From contig JAKFBS010000004.1 of assembly GCA_036677065.1 (NCBI GenBank), positions 416,001-480,000 of the forward strand: a stretch of DNA of 64,000 bases. The letters run 5' to 3'. This document shows positions 1-9,701 of this stretch, piece after piece. Source of the DNA: Bdellovibrio sp. GTDB taxonomy: Bacteria > Bdellovibrionota > Bdellovibrionia > Bdellovibrionales > Bdellovibrionaceae. A program made the position numbers and the translations under genes. The notes below the pieces were generated by a model. That model saw only the letters and a program-made list of their open reading frames with translations. It did no database searches and was not told the origin of the DNA. The stretch's first letter is position 1; each line of letters opens with the position of its first letter.

Positions 1-101
1 CGAAGACATTTTTGTGGCATTTCCTTATTAATAAATTTCTTGACGAATATGTGTGGCGAGCATTAGATTGTCCCTCACAGCGTTATACGCGTTTAAAAAA
101 C

Positions 102-177
102 GCGGGAGTAGCTCAGTTGATAGAGCGATGCCTTGCCAAGGCATAGGTCGCGGGTTTGAGTCCCGTCTCCCGCTCCA
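102..177 (+). tRNA. tRNA-Gly (anticodon GCC), CCA encoded
   Basis: Cloverleaf: acceptor GCGGGAG/CTCCCGC, anticodon arm ATGCC-TTGCCAA-GGCAT, discriminator T plus CCA; carries an A19/T56 variant. Confidence 0.96.
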
Positions 178-224
178 ATTTTTCAATCGAGAAATTGGCT
201 TGTTTACCCTTAAATTTTAAATAT

Positions 225-260
225 AAAAAAACCCGATAGAAATATCGGGTTTTGTTTTTT
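225..260. terminator. Bidirectional intrinsic terminator between tRNA-Gly and the convergent CDS
   Basis: AAAAAAACCCGATA-GAAA-TATCGGGTTTT with A and T tracts on both sides. Confidence 0.8.
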
Positions 261-290
261 GTAGGTTTGCTGAAGAAATCTTATCAGCAA

Positions 291-788
291 TTATTTAAAA
301 ATTTCGATCACGTATCCAACTGTTGTGCTGTTAGCTCTTAACATTTTATAGGCAGCTTGTTCAAATATTTGATCGCCTTCAGGATTTTCAGGAATATTAG
401 AAAGCATCTCGTTTGAAATTTTTGATACTGAATCTGAATGAACCTTAGCTGCGGCTTTTAACTCGGCTGAACGTTTTTCAACTGGTATTTTTGCTATAAT
501 GCATGCCGCTTCTGTAAGTAAAAGCGCCATATCATCAGGGCTGGTTTTTGCGGCTTCAGCATTATCATTTAAAACGGTTTGTAACTCTTTTTTAAGAGCT
601 CTACCTAATTGAATTACAGGAATAAGATCTCCGTCTGTCTGCATATCATAGCGGTCTACGGCTGCGACAAGGATCGCATCGGCTTCTTCTGGGCTACATG
701 TAATTGGTTTATCGTTGATATCTTTTTGCGCGAAAGCTGAAGTTGTAGTTACTAAGATAGACGCCATTAAAATAATTAGTGTTTTCAT
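291..788 (-). CDS. Secreted hypothetical helical protein
   Basis: Start moved to ATG 788 (MKTLIILMASILVTTTSAFA, Sec signal peptide). Confidence 0.75.
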   Translation of the reverse strand: MKTLIILMASILVTTTSAFAQKDINDKPITCSPEEADAILVAAVDRYDMQTDGDLIPVIQLGRALKKELQTVLNDNAEAAKTSPDDMALLLTEAACIIAKIPVEKRSAELKAAAKVHSDSVSKISNEMLSNIPENPEGDQIFEQAAYKMLRANSTTVGYVIEIFK

Positions 789-800
789 ACATGGGGTAAA

Positions 801-817
801 TGCAGTGGACATACCAA
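801..817 (-). promoter_or_regulatory. Putative sigma54 promoter of the 788 gene
   Basis: Minus strand TTGGTATGTCCACTGCA, GG-N10-GC; predicted +1 is near the ATG. Confidence 0.5.
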
Positions 818-972
818 TAGGCAAAGTGTCTCAGGGTAAATATAATTGATTTCAGGCTGTCAAAAAATTTGAAAAGGCGCAAAATTGGTAGGCGCCTCAG
901 GACGAGAAAAAAATTCTTATAATAGGGCGCGGATTCTAGAGATCACACGTGATCAAATTGAGACGGCGAAGT

Positions 973-999
973 TAAGTAAATGTTAAAAAATACCGATAA
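973..999 (+). promoter_or_regulatory. sigma28/FliA-type promoter, apparently leaderless
   Basis: TAAG-N15-ACCGATAA, then 6 nt to ATG 1006; no SD. Confidence 0.7.
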
Positions 1000-1005
1000 G
1001 TAGAT

Positions 1006-2673
1006 ATGCATTTTAGACTGAATTTAGTTCTTCTAATGATGTCATCTATATTCTTAATACAGTGTTCAGGTCAAAAACTTGATCTGTCAGGTGCTTCAAA
1101 CTTAGGAGAAACAATTGTAGACGATGGCTCGCGCGCCGATGGCAGCGATCTTGGTGCTATTTACAATGTGACGACCGTGGTGCAAGCCACATCGGATATT
1201 CCAGAATGGTCTGATGCCGAATTGCCTTTTGCGCCCCCTTCGCGCGCCCGCCAAGCCCTGGGGCAAAATTTTTCTGACACACAAACGCCATTTAAATTTA
1301 CTTACACGTACCCTGCGAATAATTACAAATTAAATACGGCGCACATCTTAATTGATACATCCCGAGATAATTCAGACACTGAAGGAATTTTTGTCGACGG
1401 AGTTTTTACAGGCCGTGTGCCCGGAAGTATGGTCGGAACAAGTCCGCATATTATCCACAGACATTATGTGTGTGTGCAGCAAGCTTGTAATGGCGCTACT
1501 GCTCCAACCAATCCATCGAATACTTATTTTATGGACTGGTCGCTCACACATTACAAACAAAACACCATCAATACCTTTGATTTAGATTTAACAGATTTAT
1601 TAGCGCCAACAAGTTTAACGGCTGTGGGTGTTGTTTCTGATGGCGTACTGCGTGTTGTTACCGGTGATGATTCGCCGGTTTATAAAGCTTTGTTAGTTAT
1701 GGACGGGATTACGATTTCTAAAACTCCGTTATCGTGTTCGAATTCTCCGACTTATACTTTTTCAAATGTTTACATTCATAATGACGGCAACAGCATTGCG
1801 CAAGGCGCATTTTCTGGTTCAGTGGTCGCGCCCAATACTTCGTGGTCAGCGAATCAAGTCGGTTTTAGATCTGTCGAATTTTATTTTGATCCAAAGCTTC
1901 CGAATGTAAGTTCGTTAGGTTTTATCACAATTTCATCAGCGACAGTTAGTTTGCGAGTAAAGAGGCAAGCCTCAAGTACAGCAGCAATTGTTGTTAACGG
2001 TGTTGGTATAGCACAAGCAGGTTTTGATCGCAGCACGGCCACTGTGGGGGTTGAACGTTGGATAGAAACTGCGCCAGCCATTGATGCGTGGACTAACTTT
2101 GTAAACGCAATTCCTGCAACTAATACAGATACGACAGTCGCATTAAATCTGGCTCAAATTTTTGGCGTGACCGAAATGAAAAATTTAATCGCTCAAGGAA
2201 AGTTAAATATTTCTTTAGCCGGAAGCATGGCCACAGCTTACGGCCAAGCTGCGACTTCGGGGCGCACGTACAGTGTTACGGTTGCGGGGCCAGAACTAAC
2301 CCTGTCTGGATCTTTTTACACCGAAATTTGTGCTGTGCCAGATAACCCGACTTCGCCACTCAGTGATGATGGCGAAGTGCCAACAGGCTTAGATCAGGCC
2401 AGCCCGATCGTGACATCAATTCAGGTTGTGAACATCACACAAAACTCGGCCACTATTCAATGGCTAACCAATGAACCAGCAACAACACAAGTTGGCTATG
2501 GTATTGGTAATACAGACACCAACACAACGCTAGATTCATCGTTATCTACTTTTCACAGCGTGACGATCACTGGATTAAGCGCCTACAAATTTTATACTTA
2601 TGTGGTTAAATCACAAGATGGCAGCGGTAATTTAACTATTTCCAGTGCAAAAGTTTTTAGGACACAACGATAA
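1006..2673 (+). CDS. Surface lipoprotein with two related beta-sandwich modules and a C-terminal FN3-like domain
   Basis: Lipobox LIQC; S/T-rich; C-terminal SATIQWLTNEPATTQVGYG...HSVTITGL...YTYVVKSQD FN3 pattern. Confidence 0.8.
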   Translation: MHFRLNLVLLMMSSIFLIQCSGQKLDLSGASNLGETIVDDGSRADGSDLGAIYNVTTVVQATSDIPEWSDAELPFAPPSRARQALGQNFSDTQTPFKFTYTYPANNYKLNTAHILIDTSRDNSDTEGIFVDGVFTGRVPGSMVGTSPHIIHRHYVCVQQACNGATAPTNPSNTYFMDWSLTHYKQNTINTFDLDLTDLLAPTSLTAVGVVSDGVLRVVTGDDSPVYKALLVMDGITISKTPLSCSNSPTYTFSNVYIHNDGNSIAQGAFSGSVVAPNTSWSANQVGFRSVEFYFDPKLPNVSSLGFITISSATVSLRVKRQASSTAAIVVNGVGIAQAGFDRSTATVGVERWIETAPAIDAWTNFVNAIPATNTDTTVALNLAQIFGVTEMKNLIAQGKLNISLAGSMATAYGQAATSGRTYSVTVAGPELTLSGSFYTEICAVPDNPTSPLSDDGEVPTGLDQASPIVTSIQVVNITQNSATIQWLTNEPATTQVGYGIGNTDTNTTLDSSLSTFHSVTITGLSAYKFYTYVVKSQDGSGNLTISSAKVFRTQR

Positions 2674-3209
2674 TGAAAACAAGCAACTATTTTTTCATTT
2701 TAATATTAAGTCTATTTATTTCAGGTACAGCCTTGGCACAAGCTAAGCGGGTCTATCGTACGTCACTTAGTTTGATTCCTTTAACGACTTCAACCAAACA
2801 AGCGGGCAATGGCCCTGAAGGCAGTACGATAATGACCCAATTTGAATTTGGTGTTCACCAGCCGTTTTGGGGTTATGGCCTTTTCTATCAGTATGACCAG
2901 CACGGTGATTTTCAAAAAGATTTAGGCCTTGGCTTAAAATTAGAAGCTACCTATAAGGCGATATATGTAGATGTAGGTTATCTTTTAAATGTGCAAAGAG
3001 TTTATTCTGACCGCACTTATGAAAAAGAAACCGGTGATGGCTATTATTTCGGGTTAGGTGCACGAGTAGAATTAGGTAAAAATTATTTCTTTAATTTAAC
3101 TTATAAATACCGCGTGCATAATATTAAAAAGCAAGACGACACTTCATTGTCAGATCCCATTGTTCAAACTGATTCTTATCCGCTATTAGGCTTGGGAGTC
3201 AGCTTCTGA
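2673..3209 (+). CDS. Small outer-membrane beta-barrel protein
   Basis: Signal peptide ending ALA, alternating aromatic beta strands, C-terminal LGLGVSF beta-signal; TAATG overlap with the upstream gene. Confidence 0.75.
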   Translation: MKTSNYFFILILSLFISGTALAQAKRVYRTSLSLIPLTTSTKQAGNGPEGSTIMTQFEFGVHQPFWGYGLFYQYDQHGDFQKDLGLGLKLEATYKAIYVDVGYLLNVQRVYSDRTYEKETGDGYYFGLGARVELGKNYFFNLTYKYRVHNIKKQDDTSLSDPIVQTDSYPLLGLGVSF

Positions 3210-4027
3210 GAAACATAATTCTTGCGGTTTTATTCTTGAGTGCTTTAAGTTGCGGTAAAAGACCGGCAGAGCTTTTACGTTTGCAGCAAGCTTATCCCGA
3301 AGACTTTCCAATTTATGCGACAGTCGGTGATGGCACCGGACGAATTTGGCAGATTGATCGCGACGGAACCAAAACTGAATTTGCGACGGGGTTAAGCGAT
3401 CCACAGGGGCTTGCCACTGATGGTAAAGGCAATCTCTTTGTGGTTGAGCAAGGGGCTTCGCGTTTACTGCGCTTTGATATCGCCAGTAAAGCACAAACCG
3501 TTGTGGCCACGGGGCTTTCAGTTCCAACGAGCGTGGCTATTGATTCTAAAGGCGAAGTTTATGTCAATGAAGAAGGAGCTAATCGAATTCAGAAAATTTC
3601 TGACGCTTCAACGTTTGCCAGCTTTTCGAGTGCACCATCGGCTTTTATTTTTGGTCTCGGTGATCAGCCGATCATTGGTTTTTTTAATTTGAACAGCACG
3701 CAGTGGGGATTAGATGGGGCCACGCAGTTTAGCATTCAAAAGCCGATTGCTATGGCTAAAGATATCTTAGGCCGAGTTTATGTTTCTGAAGGAACAGATT
3801 CTGGCTCACGCATTATTCGCATTGGCCCAACGCAAAGTGATAGCACTGAAGTGATGGTTAATGGTTTAAATGGAGCTTTTGGTGTGATTATTGATCGCAG
3901 CGGAAATTTGTTTGTGGCCGAGACCGCTGAATCGCGTATTGTATTTGTAACCCAAAATAATCAACTGTATAAATTTGTCGATTTAACCGCGCCACTGTAT
4001 ATGACAATGACGCGTGTTCTTGAGTAA
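3206..4027 (+). CDS. NHL/SMP-30-like beta-propeller lipoprotein (probable CTG start)
   Basis: Repeats such as GLSDPQGLATDGKGNLFVVE and GLSVPTSVAIDSKGEVYVNE; extending to CTG 3206 gives a full lipoprotein signal MRNIILAVLFLSALSC. Confidence 0.8.
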   Translation: MRNIILAVLFLSALSCGKRPAELLRLQQAYPEDFPIYATVGDGTGRIWQIDRDGTKTEFATGLSDPQGLATDGKGNLFVVEQGASRLLRFDIASKAQTVVATGLSVPTSVAIDSKGEVYVNEEGANRIQKISDASTFASFSSAPSAFIFGLGDQPIIGFFNLNSTQWGLDGATQFSIQKPIAMAKDILGRVYVSEGTDSGSRIIRIGPTQSDSTEVMVNGLNGAFGVIIDRSGNLFVAETAESRIVFVTQNNQLYKFVDLTAPLYMTMTRVLE

Positions 4028-5170
4028 CTATACTCTCATCATGGTTTCATTTGAAAATTTGTTACGCTTATAAGGCAAAGAACTCATTAGAGTTTTTATC
4101 TCTAAGTCTTTCATATCTTCGAAAGTTTGATCCCAGGATTTACTATCTAAATAGTCATCAATTTTTTTAAGCCACTCTGGATTTTGTTTGGTTTGCATGA
4201 CTTCTTCACAAGCCGCTAAAAAACAAGTCGCGGTGTTTGCCGTTTTTACTAAACCCAGAGGTTCATACTTTTCAATAAGAATATCTTGCGGCGTTGCGAC
4301 CACCGGGCGGCCTGTGGCTAAGTACTCATACATCTGGGTGGTTGTGTTCGTGTTTTTATCTTCTTTGTAGGGCGCGATAGTGACATCCCAACCCGCAAAA
4401 TAATGCGGAAGGTATTTGTAATCTTTGCGGCCAAAGAAATAAATATTTGGTCTGCGCGGAAGATCATTGTAACAACTGCCAACCATTGGACCGACTAAAA
4501 TAATATTCCAGCTCGGGCGGTAATCTGCCAGGTCAGTGAGTAAATCAAAATTAAGCTGATTGCTGATTTCTCCGCAAAATCCAAGTTTTGGTCCTGAAAT
4601 CTTTTTCTGATCCAGGGGTTCATTCACAAGCCGTGCTTGGCGAAAGTGTGCCAGATCAATGCTGTTTGGAAAATTATGTATATTGTGATGTTGGCTTTTT
4701 CTATACGAGTAAAGTTTTTCATTCGCGGCAAAAACTAAATCTGCTTTTTCTAAAAGTTCGATTTCATGAATCGATAATTCTGAAGGTTTTTCAGAATTGG
4801 TTTCTTTAACGCAATCATAAATGGTACTGATCGGTGATAGGTGGCGACTATAATCAATGGCATCAGCTGAATCATACCATACTGAAAAATTAATAATAAA
4901 TTCATCTTCGATAAGGTCATCGACCACGCGTTTCATCGCTGCAGCGACTTCCTTAGAGGTCAGATCTGCTGGTAATACGGGTTTGATCACTTCAACGCCG
5001 TTTTCAACAAAGACTTTGCGATAACTGATTTGAGTCGTGTCTGTAAAAAGTGGCTCTTCAACAAAAAAGACTCGGCGATGTTTCGCATATCTTGAAAGTA
5101 ACTGTTGCGTACGTTGATAAACAAAGCCCCAGCGAGTTTGAGAAAATGCTAACAGATCATTCTTAATCAT
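4028..5170 (-). CDS. GT-B glycosyltransferase (TuaH-like)
   Basis: WGFVYQRTQQLLSR, VFFVEEP, YDCV, YEYLATGRPVV motifs; ATG 5170 has SD GGGGGA. Confidence 0.85.
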   Translation of the reverse strand: MIKNDLLAFSQTRWGFVYQRTQQLLSRYAKHRRVFFVEEPLFTDTTQISYRKVFVENGVEVIKPVLPADLTSKEVAAAMKRVVDDLIEDEFIINFSVWYDSADAIDYSRHLSPISTIYDCVKETNSEKPSELSIHEIELLEKADLVFAANEKLYSYRKSQHHNIHNFPNSIDLAHFRQARLVNEPLDQKKISGPKLGFCGEISNQLNFDLLTDLADYRPSWNIILVGPMVGSCYNDLPRRPNIYFFGRKDYKYLPHYFAGWDVTIAPYKEDKNTNTTTQMYEYLATGRPVVATPQDILIEKYEPLGLVKTANTATCFLAACEEVMQTKQNPEWLKKIDDYLDSKSWDQTFEDMKDLEIKTLMSSLPYKRNKFSNETMMRV

Positions 5171-5213
5171 AATGTATCCCCCAATTAAAACGAACAAGTG
5201 ATGTGGGGTGATT

Positions 5214-5230
5214 TGCACTATAAATGCCAA
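5214..5230 (-). promoter_or_regulatory. Putative sigma54 promoter of the glycosyltransferase
   Basis: Minus strand TTGGCATTTATAGTGCA, GG-N10-GC. Confidence 0.6.
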
Positions 5231-5279
5231 TAAGAATCGGCTTTGTAGCGGTTACGAAAAATCTATTCGGGGTGAATTC

Positions 5280-5301
5280 GGCATTCTGATACCAGAATGC
5301 C
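5280..5301. promoter_or_regulatory. Inverted repeat: terminator of the 7311 gene or enhancer for the sigma54 promoter
   Basis: GGCATTCTG-ATAC-CAGAATGCC with no long U tail. Confidence 0.35.
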
Positions 5302-5316
5302 CCATGCTAAAGACTG

Positions 5317-7311
5317 TTAGTGCGTTTGGATGAGTGTTCCGTTTTTAAGAATAAGTTCTTCTAAGTTGTACGGAGAACCATCTTCTTTTAAGAAGTTTCT
5401 TAAGTTGTATGAACGATCTAAGATATAGTTGTTTTGATCGATAATGTATTTAAATAAATTAATGCGATTAAAACTTTCTTCTGAAGGGTATTTTTGTACG
5501 CCTGAACCCATCTCGTGACCCGAGAAAGAAAACTGCACTAAAATACATTCTGGCACGGTTTCTTCGTTAATCACATTAGCAAAGATCGCTAAACCATAGT
5601 CTCCGAACAGGTCATTTTTAAGTGATAACTGATCAAAAAGTTTAAACTTATCATTTAAAGGAACTCCGGCACTAAAAATGTAAGTTAAGCTGTTAATGAT
5701 TTCATGTCTTTCTTTTTTATCGACTTTGTTTTGTAGTGATTTAATTGCGCTAAATAATTTATCTACACGTTGTTCGATAATATCGCGGCTAAGATTTTGA
5801 TTTAATTCAAAAATTTTATTAGTCACATAAAGTTCAAAGTTAACATAAGAATTGTGATATTTATCACGCACAGATTTGCCTTCATGCGGAAACTTAATCA
5901 CATTTTTAATAGCTTTTGGCATGTGCTGGCCAGTGGTTTCGTAAAATTCTAAATATTTTTTCTGGCGAAGGCTATAGTGTCTGCGCGATTTTGAAAAGTG
6001 AACGCCGACAACGCTGGTTTTGTTGTCTTGGCTATCTGCTTTAAATAATAGATTTAATTGTGAACGTTTTTCTTTTTCCCAGTTGTCAAAAAGGCTGAAT
6101 TCGCTGTTTTTACCTACTGAATGTAAGAAATAGTTTTCTTTATCGTCTGCTTGATCACCAACAACGGCGATTTGGGCGTCAGACGAATTATTGTTTTTTG
6201 TGTATTTAACTAAACGAATTAGGTTAAACGTGCTTGAGCTTTCATCTGCTTCTGTATGGTTTTCAGCATTGATGATTTTGATAACGCGTTTTTTACTATC
6301 AGGTAAGTTTTTATCTGCGGCTGCGACCGCGTTAAATTGCGAAAGATCAGCAAATAGATTTTCATTAAACTGACGGCGGTCTTTTAAGAATTGTGATGCT
6401 GAAATGTATTCACGCACCAAATCCACATTAAAGATTTTCATTTTTTGGGCTACGATAGAGTCATAAAGATTGCGCGCATCTGTAGAATCAAGATTTAAAA
6501 CATAATCACCTAAGTAAAGATCGGTCGTGCGATCAGTGATAGATCCTGTAAATAGACGGTCATCTAATAATTTTTCAACAACCAGCGAAGTCACCGGATC
6601 GTGAGTAAATAATTTAACACCGGCAAACCAACCGCGGTTTTTATCGTTTACGGCGATAATTTTTAAACGGACTAAGTTATCGCTCATACGAAAGATCTGA
6701 ATATCAAATTCGCCATTAATAAAATAACGGTAGCCTGCATTTAACGGAAGACTTGCGCCTAAGGTTTTTAAAATATTGGCACTGGCTTCAAATACAAGCG
6801 GAATACGGTAACCGATAAAATCGCCAGTTTTAAAAACTAACTGGCCATTATCACGGCGAAAGAAATCCTGTGCCGAACGTGGAATTTTTGTCACCGGATC
6901 ATACGGCAGGCGCAATAAAGAATCTTTACGGTTTTTAAATTGCTGAATATAAGTGATTTGTTTTTTAGCGCTCACGCCTACATGCACAGGCAGATCGTAA
7001 TTAAAAATGCGTGAATCGATACCGGCTTTGACTTCCCAGATATCAATACCTGAGTAGTTTTGTGCGACAGACGGGTTAGAAATAAATTTATATTGTCCGC
7101 CAATTTCGATACCGTGAAATAGCTCAATTGAAGGAAGGTTTACTTTCTGAGTTAATTTAGAACTGCGGATAGAATCTAAAAAATCAGCCCAGATACCATC
7201 ATTTTTTTTAACTTCGGTTTTGCTGACCTCTGCATTTTGCGCGAAAGCTATATTGGCCGTTAAAAGTAATGCAGCTGTAAAAGCTTTAAACATGTTCTGG
7301 GTCTGTTTCAT
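5317..7311 (-). CDS. Large secreted hypothetical protein
   Basis: 664-aa ORF, signal peptide ending IAFA, SD AAGGA. Confidence 0.75.
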   Translation of the reverse strand: MKQTQNMFKAFTAALLLTANIAFAQNAEVSKTEVKKNDGIWADFLDSIRSSKLTQKVNLPSIELFHGIEIGGQYKFISNPSVAQNYSGIDIWEVKAGIDSRIFNYDLPVHVGVSAKKQITYIQQFKNRKDSLLRLPYDPVTKIPRSAQDFFRRDNGQLVFKTGDFIGYRIPLVFEASANILKTLGASLPLNAGYRYFINGEFDIQIFRMSDNLVRLKIIAVNDKNRGWFAGVKLFTHDPVTSLVVEKLLDDRLFTGSITDRTTDLYLGDYVLNLDSTDARNLYDSIVAQKMKIFNVDLVREYISASQFLKDRRQFNENLFADLSQFNAVAAADKNLPDSKKRVIKIINAENHTEADESSSTFNLIRLVKYTKNNNSSDAQIAVVGDQADDKENYFLHSVGKNSEFSLFDNWEKEKRSQLNLLFKADSQDNKTSVVGVHFSKSRRHYSLRQKKYLEFYETTGQHMPKAIKNVIKFPHEGKSVRDKYHNSYVNFELYVTNKIFELNQNLSRDIIEQRVDKLFSAIKSLQNKVDKKERHEIINSLTYIFSAGVPLNDKFKLFDQLSLKNDLFGDYGLAIFANVINEETVPECILVQFSFSGHEMGSGVQKYPSEESFNRINLFKYIIDQNNYILDRSYNLRNFLKEDGSPYNLEELILKNGTLIQTH

Positions 7312-7414
7312 ACGTATATCCTTTTTAAAATAGGTATTTATTCACATTTTATTAAAATGCGATAAATAGACCAAGATCCGTTGACATATGTAAATTATAT
7401 GTAAATATAGAGGG

Positions 7415-8644
7415 ATGAACCCTACTCAAAGCCTTATTAAGTATTTACTAGTGGATTTGAATTCCTTCTTTGCCTCTTGCGAGCAGCAGGATAATCCCAA
7501 GCTTCGTAATAGGCCGATAGCGGTGGTTCCGATGGTCACCGACAGCACCAGTGTGATTGCCTCCAGCATTGAGGCTAAGCGTAAAGGCGTAAAAACTGGA
7601 ACTAGGGTTAGCGATGCGAAAAGAATGTGTCCTGGGATTATCTTTATCGAAGGTCATCACAAACGTTACACTGAATACCATCATAAAATAGTTAAAGCGG
7701 TGAATGAAGTTTGTCCGGTCGAAAAAATTTTATCTATAGATGAGGTGGCTTGCGAACTTATCGGACGCGAGATGATTGAATCCACGGCTATCGAAATTGC
7801 CAAAAAAATTAAAACCCATATTTTGCAGACTGTTGGCGATTGTTTGACGACATCTATCGGCCTTGGCCCGAATATTATGATTGCAAAGATGGCTTCAGAT
7901 TTAGTGAAGCCTGATGGATTAGTTTCTGTACCTGCAGAAAAAATCGGACAAACCTTTGATCATCTGCCGATCGAAATTATTTCGGGTGTGGGTCATAATA
8001 TGAAAAGAAATTTAAACGCTAAAGGTTTTCACACTGTCGGACAGCTACGTGCGCTTTCGCCGCAACAGTTGCGTACCGTGTGGGGCGGGATCGTTGGCCT
8101 TCGGTTATCCGAAGAATTGGCAGGGCGTAATATTCACCGCGCAGAGACCGTAACAAAAGGAATGTCGCACGAACATGTGCTGCCGCCACAATTGCGCCAT
8201 CCGCAAGGGGCGACAGAAATTTTATTAAAGCTTGCGACAAAACTTTCTGCTCGTCTGCGCGAGGGAAATCAAAAGTGCAAAACTTTAAATGTCTATATGA
8301 AAGACCAATACGGCCTTGATAGTTTAGAAAAATCGGTTTCTTTCAGTGAAACTAATGACACTTTTTTTATTTTGCAGCAGGTTAAAAATCTGACCAAAGC
8401 AGGTGCGCCAGAGCGTCCCGTTAAAGTGGCGGTTTCTGTTTCTGGTTTAACGAATGCTAATGAAGAACAGCTTAGCTTATTTGCTGACCCGAAAACGCAG
8501 AAGTTGGGTCATATTATGGATGTGATTAATAAAAAGTATGGTCCGAATACTTTGATTCCTGCTGAATTTCTTGATGTGACCGATCAGGCGAAGGTGCGAA
8601 TTTCGTTTAGTCATATTCCTAAATTAGAAGATGAATTTGAGTGA
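7415..8644 (+). CDS. dinB: Y-family DNA polymerase IV
   Basis: VDLNSFFASCEQ, SIDE motif, little-finger domain, QLSLF clamp-binding motif. Confidence 0.92.
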   Translation: MNPTQSLIKYLLVDLNSFFASCEQQDNPKLRNRPIAVVPMVTDSTSVIASSIEAKRKGVKTGTRVSDAKRMCPGIIFIEGHHKRYTEYHHKIVKAVNEVCPVEKILSIDEVACELIGREMIESTAIEIAKKIKTHILQTVGDCLTTSIGLGPNIMIAKMASDLVKPDGLVSVPAEKIGQTFDHLPIEIISGVGHNMKRNLNAKGFHTVGQLRALSPQQLRTVWGGIVGLRLSEELAGRNIHRAETVTKGMSHEHVLPPQLRHPQGATEILLKLATKLSARLREGNQKCKTLNVYMKDQYGLDSLEKSVSFSETNDTFFILQQVKNLTKAGAPERPVKVAVSVSGLTNANEEQLSLFADPKTQKLGHIMDVINKKYGPNTLIPAEFLDVTDQAKVRISFSHIPKLEDEFE

Positions 8645-8663
8645 GAATGGGCTTAGTGTAGTG

Positions 8664-8711
8664 ACGAAGCTCGCATCCTGCTGTTGCTTCTGACGACATC
8701 CTGTCGTCAGA
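8664..8711. repeat. 48-nt double-hairpin intergenic repeat, copy 1
   Basis: ACGAAGCTCGCATCCTGCTGTTGCTTCTGACGACATCCTGTCGTCAGA; homologous to 15942-15989. Confidence 0.75.
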
Positions 8712-8734
8712 CCGGTTTGCGAGGGAAGGTTGTT

Positions 8735-9691
8735 ATGGAATATCGTCGTTTAGGTCAGGCTGGTCTTAAAGTTTCTGCTTTATCTTTTGGTTCTTGGGTT
8801 ACGTTTTCAAATCAGGTGGATACAAAACTTGCGGCTAACTGTATGGCTGCGGCTTATGAACATGGTGTGAATTTTTTTGATAATGCTGAAGTTTATGCCG
8901 GTGGAAAATCTGAAACTATTATGGGAGAAGTTCTAAAAAAATTAGAATGGCCCCGTATGAAATATATTGTTTCAACAAAATTTTTCTGGGGCATCACTGA
9001 TGGTCCGAATGAACGTAATACTTTAAATCGTAAATATTTATTAAATGGGATCACGGGTTCACTTAAACGTTTGCAAATGGATTACGTTGATCTTGTGTAC
9101 TGTCATAGACCTGATCCTAATACGCCTATCGAAGAAACTGTCTGGGCAATGCACGATATGATTGAGCGTGGGTATGCGCTTTATTGGGGAACATCTGAGT
9201 GGAATGCTGCTGAGATTGATCAAGCTTATCAAATCGCTGAAAAATATCATTTGCGTAAACCTGTGGTTGAACAGCCGCAGTACAATTTATTATGGCGTGA
9301 TCATGTTGAAAAAGAGTTAGCTCCGATATTTGATAAATACGGTACAGGTTTAACAACTTGGTCGCCGTTAGCTTCAGGGTTGTTAACTGGAAAATACTTA
9401 GGCGGAAATGTTCCGGAAGGTTCGCGCTTAAGTTTAGAAAGTTTAGGCTGGTTAAAAGAAGATGCACTAAGCGTTGAAAAAACTGAGAAGGTAAAAAAGT
9501 TTGTTGGCATCGCTAAAGAATATGCTTTTGATCCAGCACAATTGGCTCTGGCTTGGTGTTTGAAAAATAAAAACGTCAGCACTGTGATTACTGGCGCTTC
9601 AAAAGTAGAACAAGTCCATCACAATATGAAAGCGATGGACTTGGTTGCTAAAATTGATGCTGAGTTATTAAAGAAATTGAACTCAATCTAG
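8735..9691 (+). CDS. Aldo/keto reductase (Kv-beta-like subfamily)
   Basis: [49 protein letters not shown]. Confidence 0.92.
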   Translation: MEYRRLGQAGLKVSALSFGSWVTFSNQVDTKLAANCMAAAYEHGVNFFDNAEVYAGGKSETIMGEVLKKLEWPRMKYIVSTKFFWGITDGPNERNTLNRKYLLNGITGSLKRLQMDYVDLVYCHRPDPNTPIEETVWAMHDMIERGYALYWGTSEWNAAEIDQAYQIAEKYHLRKPVVEQPQYNLLWRDHVEKELAPIFDKYGTGLTTWSPLASGLLTGKYLGGNVPEGSRLSLESLGWLKEDALSVEKTEKVKKFVGIAKEYAFDPAQLALAWCLKNKNVSTVITGASKVEQVHHNMKAMDLVAKIDAELLKKLNSI

Positions 9692-9701
9692 GAGCGGCCG
9701 G

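Noticed and set aside
1..30. Start of a minus-strand gene at the window edge
   Set aside because: Only a few codons are visible, so it cannot be supported.
178..300. Prophage or island integrated at tRNA-Gly
   Set aside because: No integrase or duplicated tRNA 3' end was seen in the window.
3186..3692. Overlapping ORFs 3186-3527, 3313-3510 and 3411-3692, and the many similar 60-110 aa ORFs nested in long genes
   Set aside because: They lie within well-supported CDSs and have no motifs or RBS.
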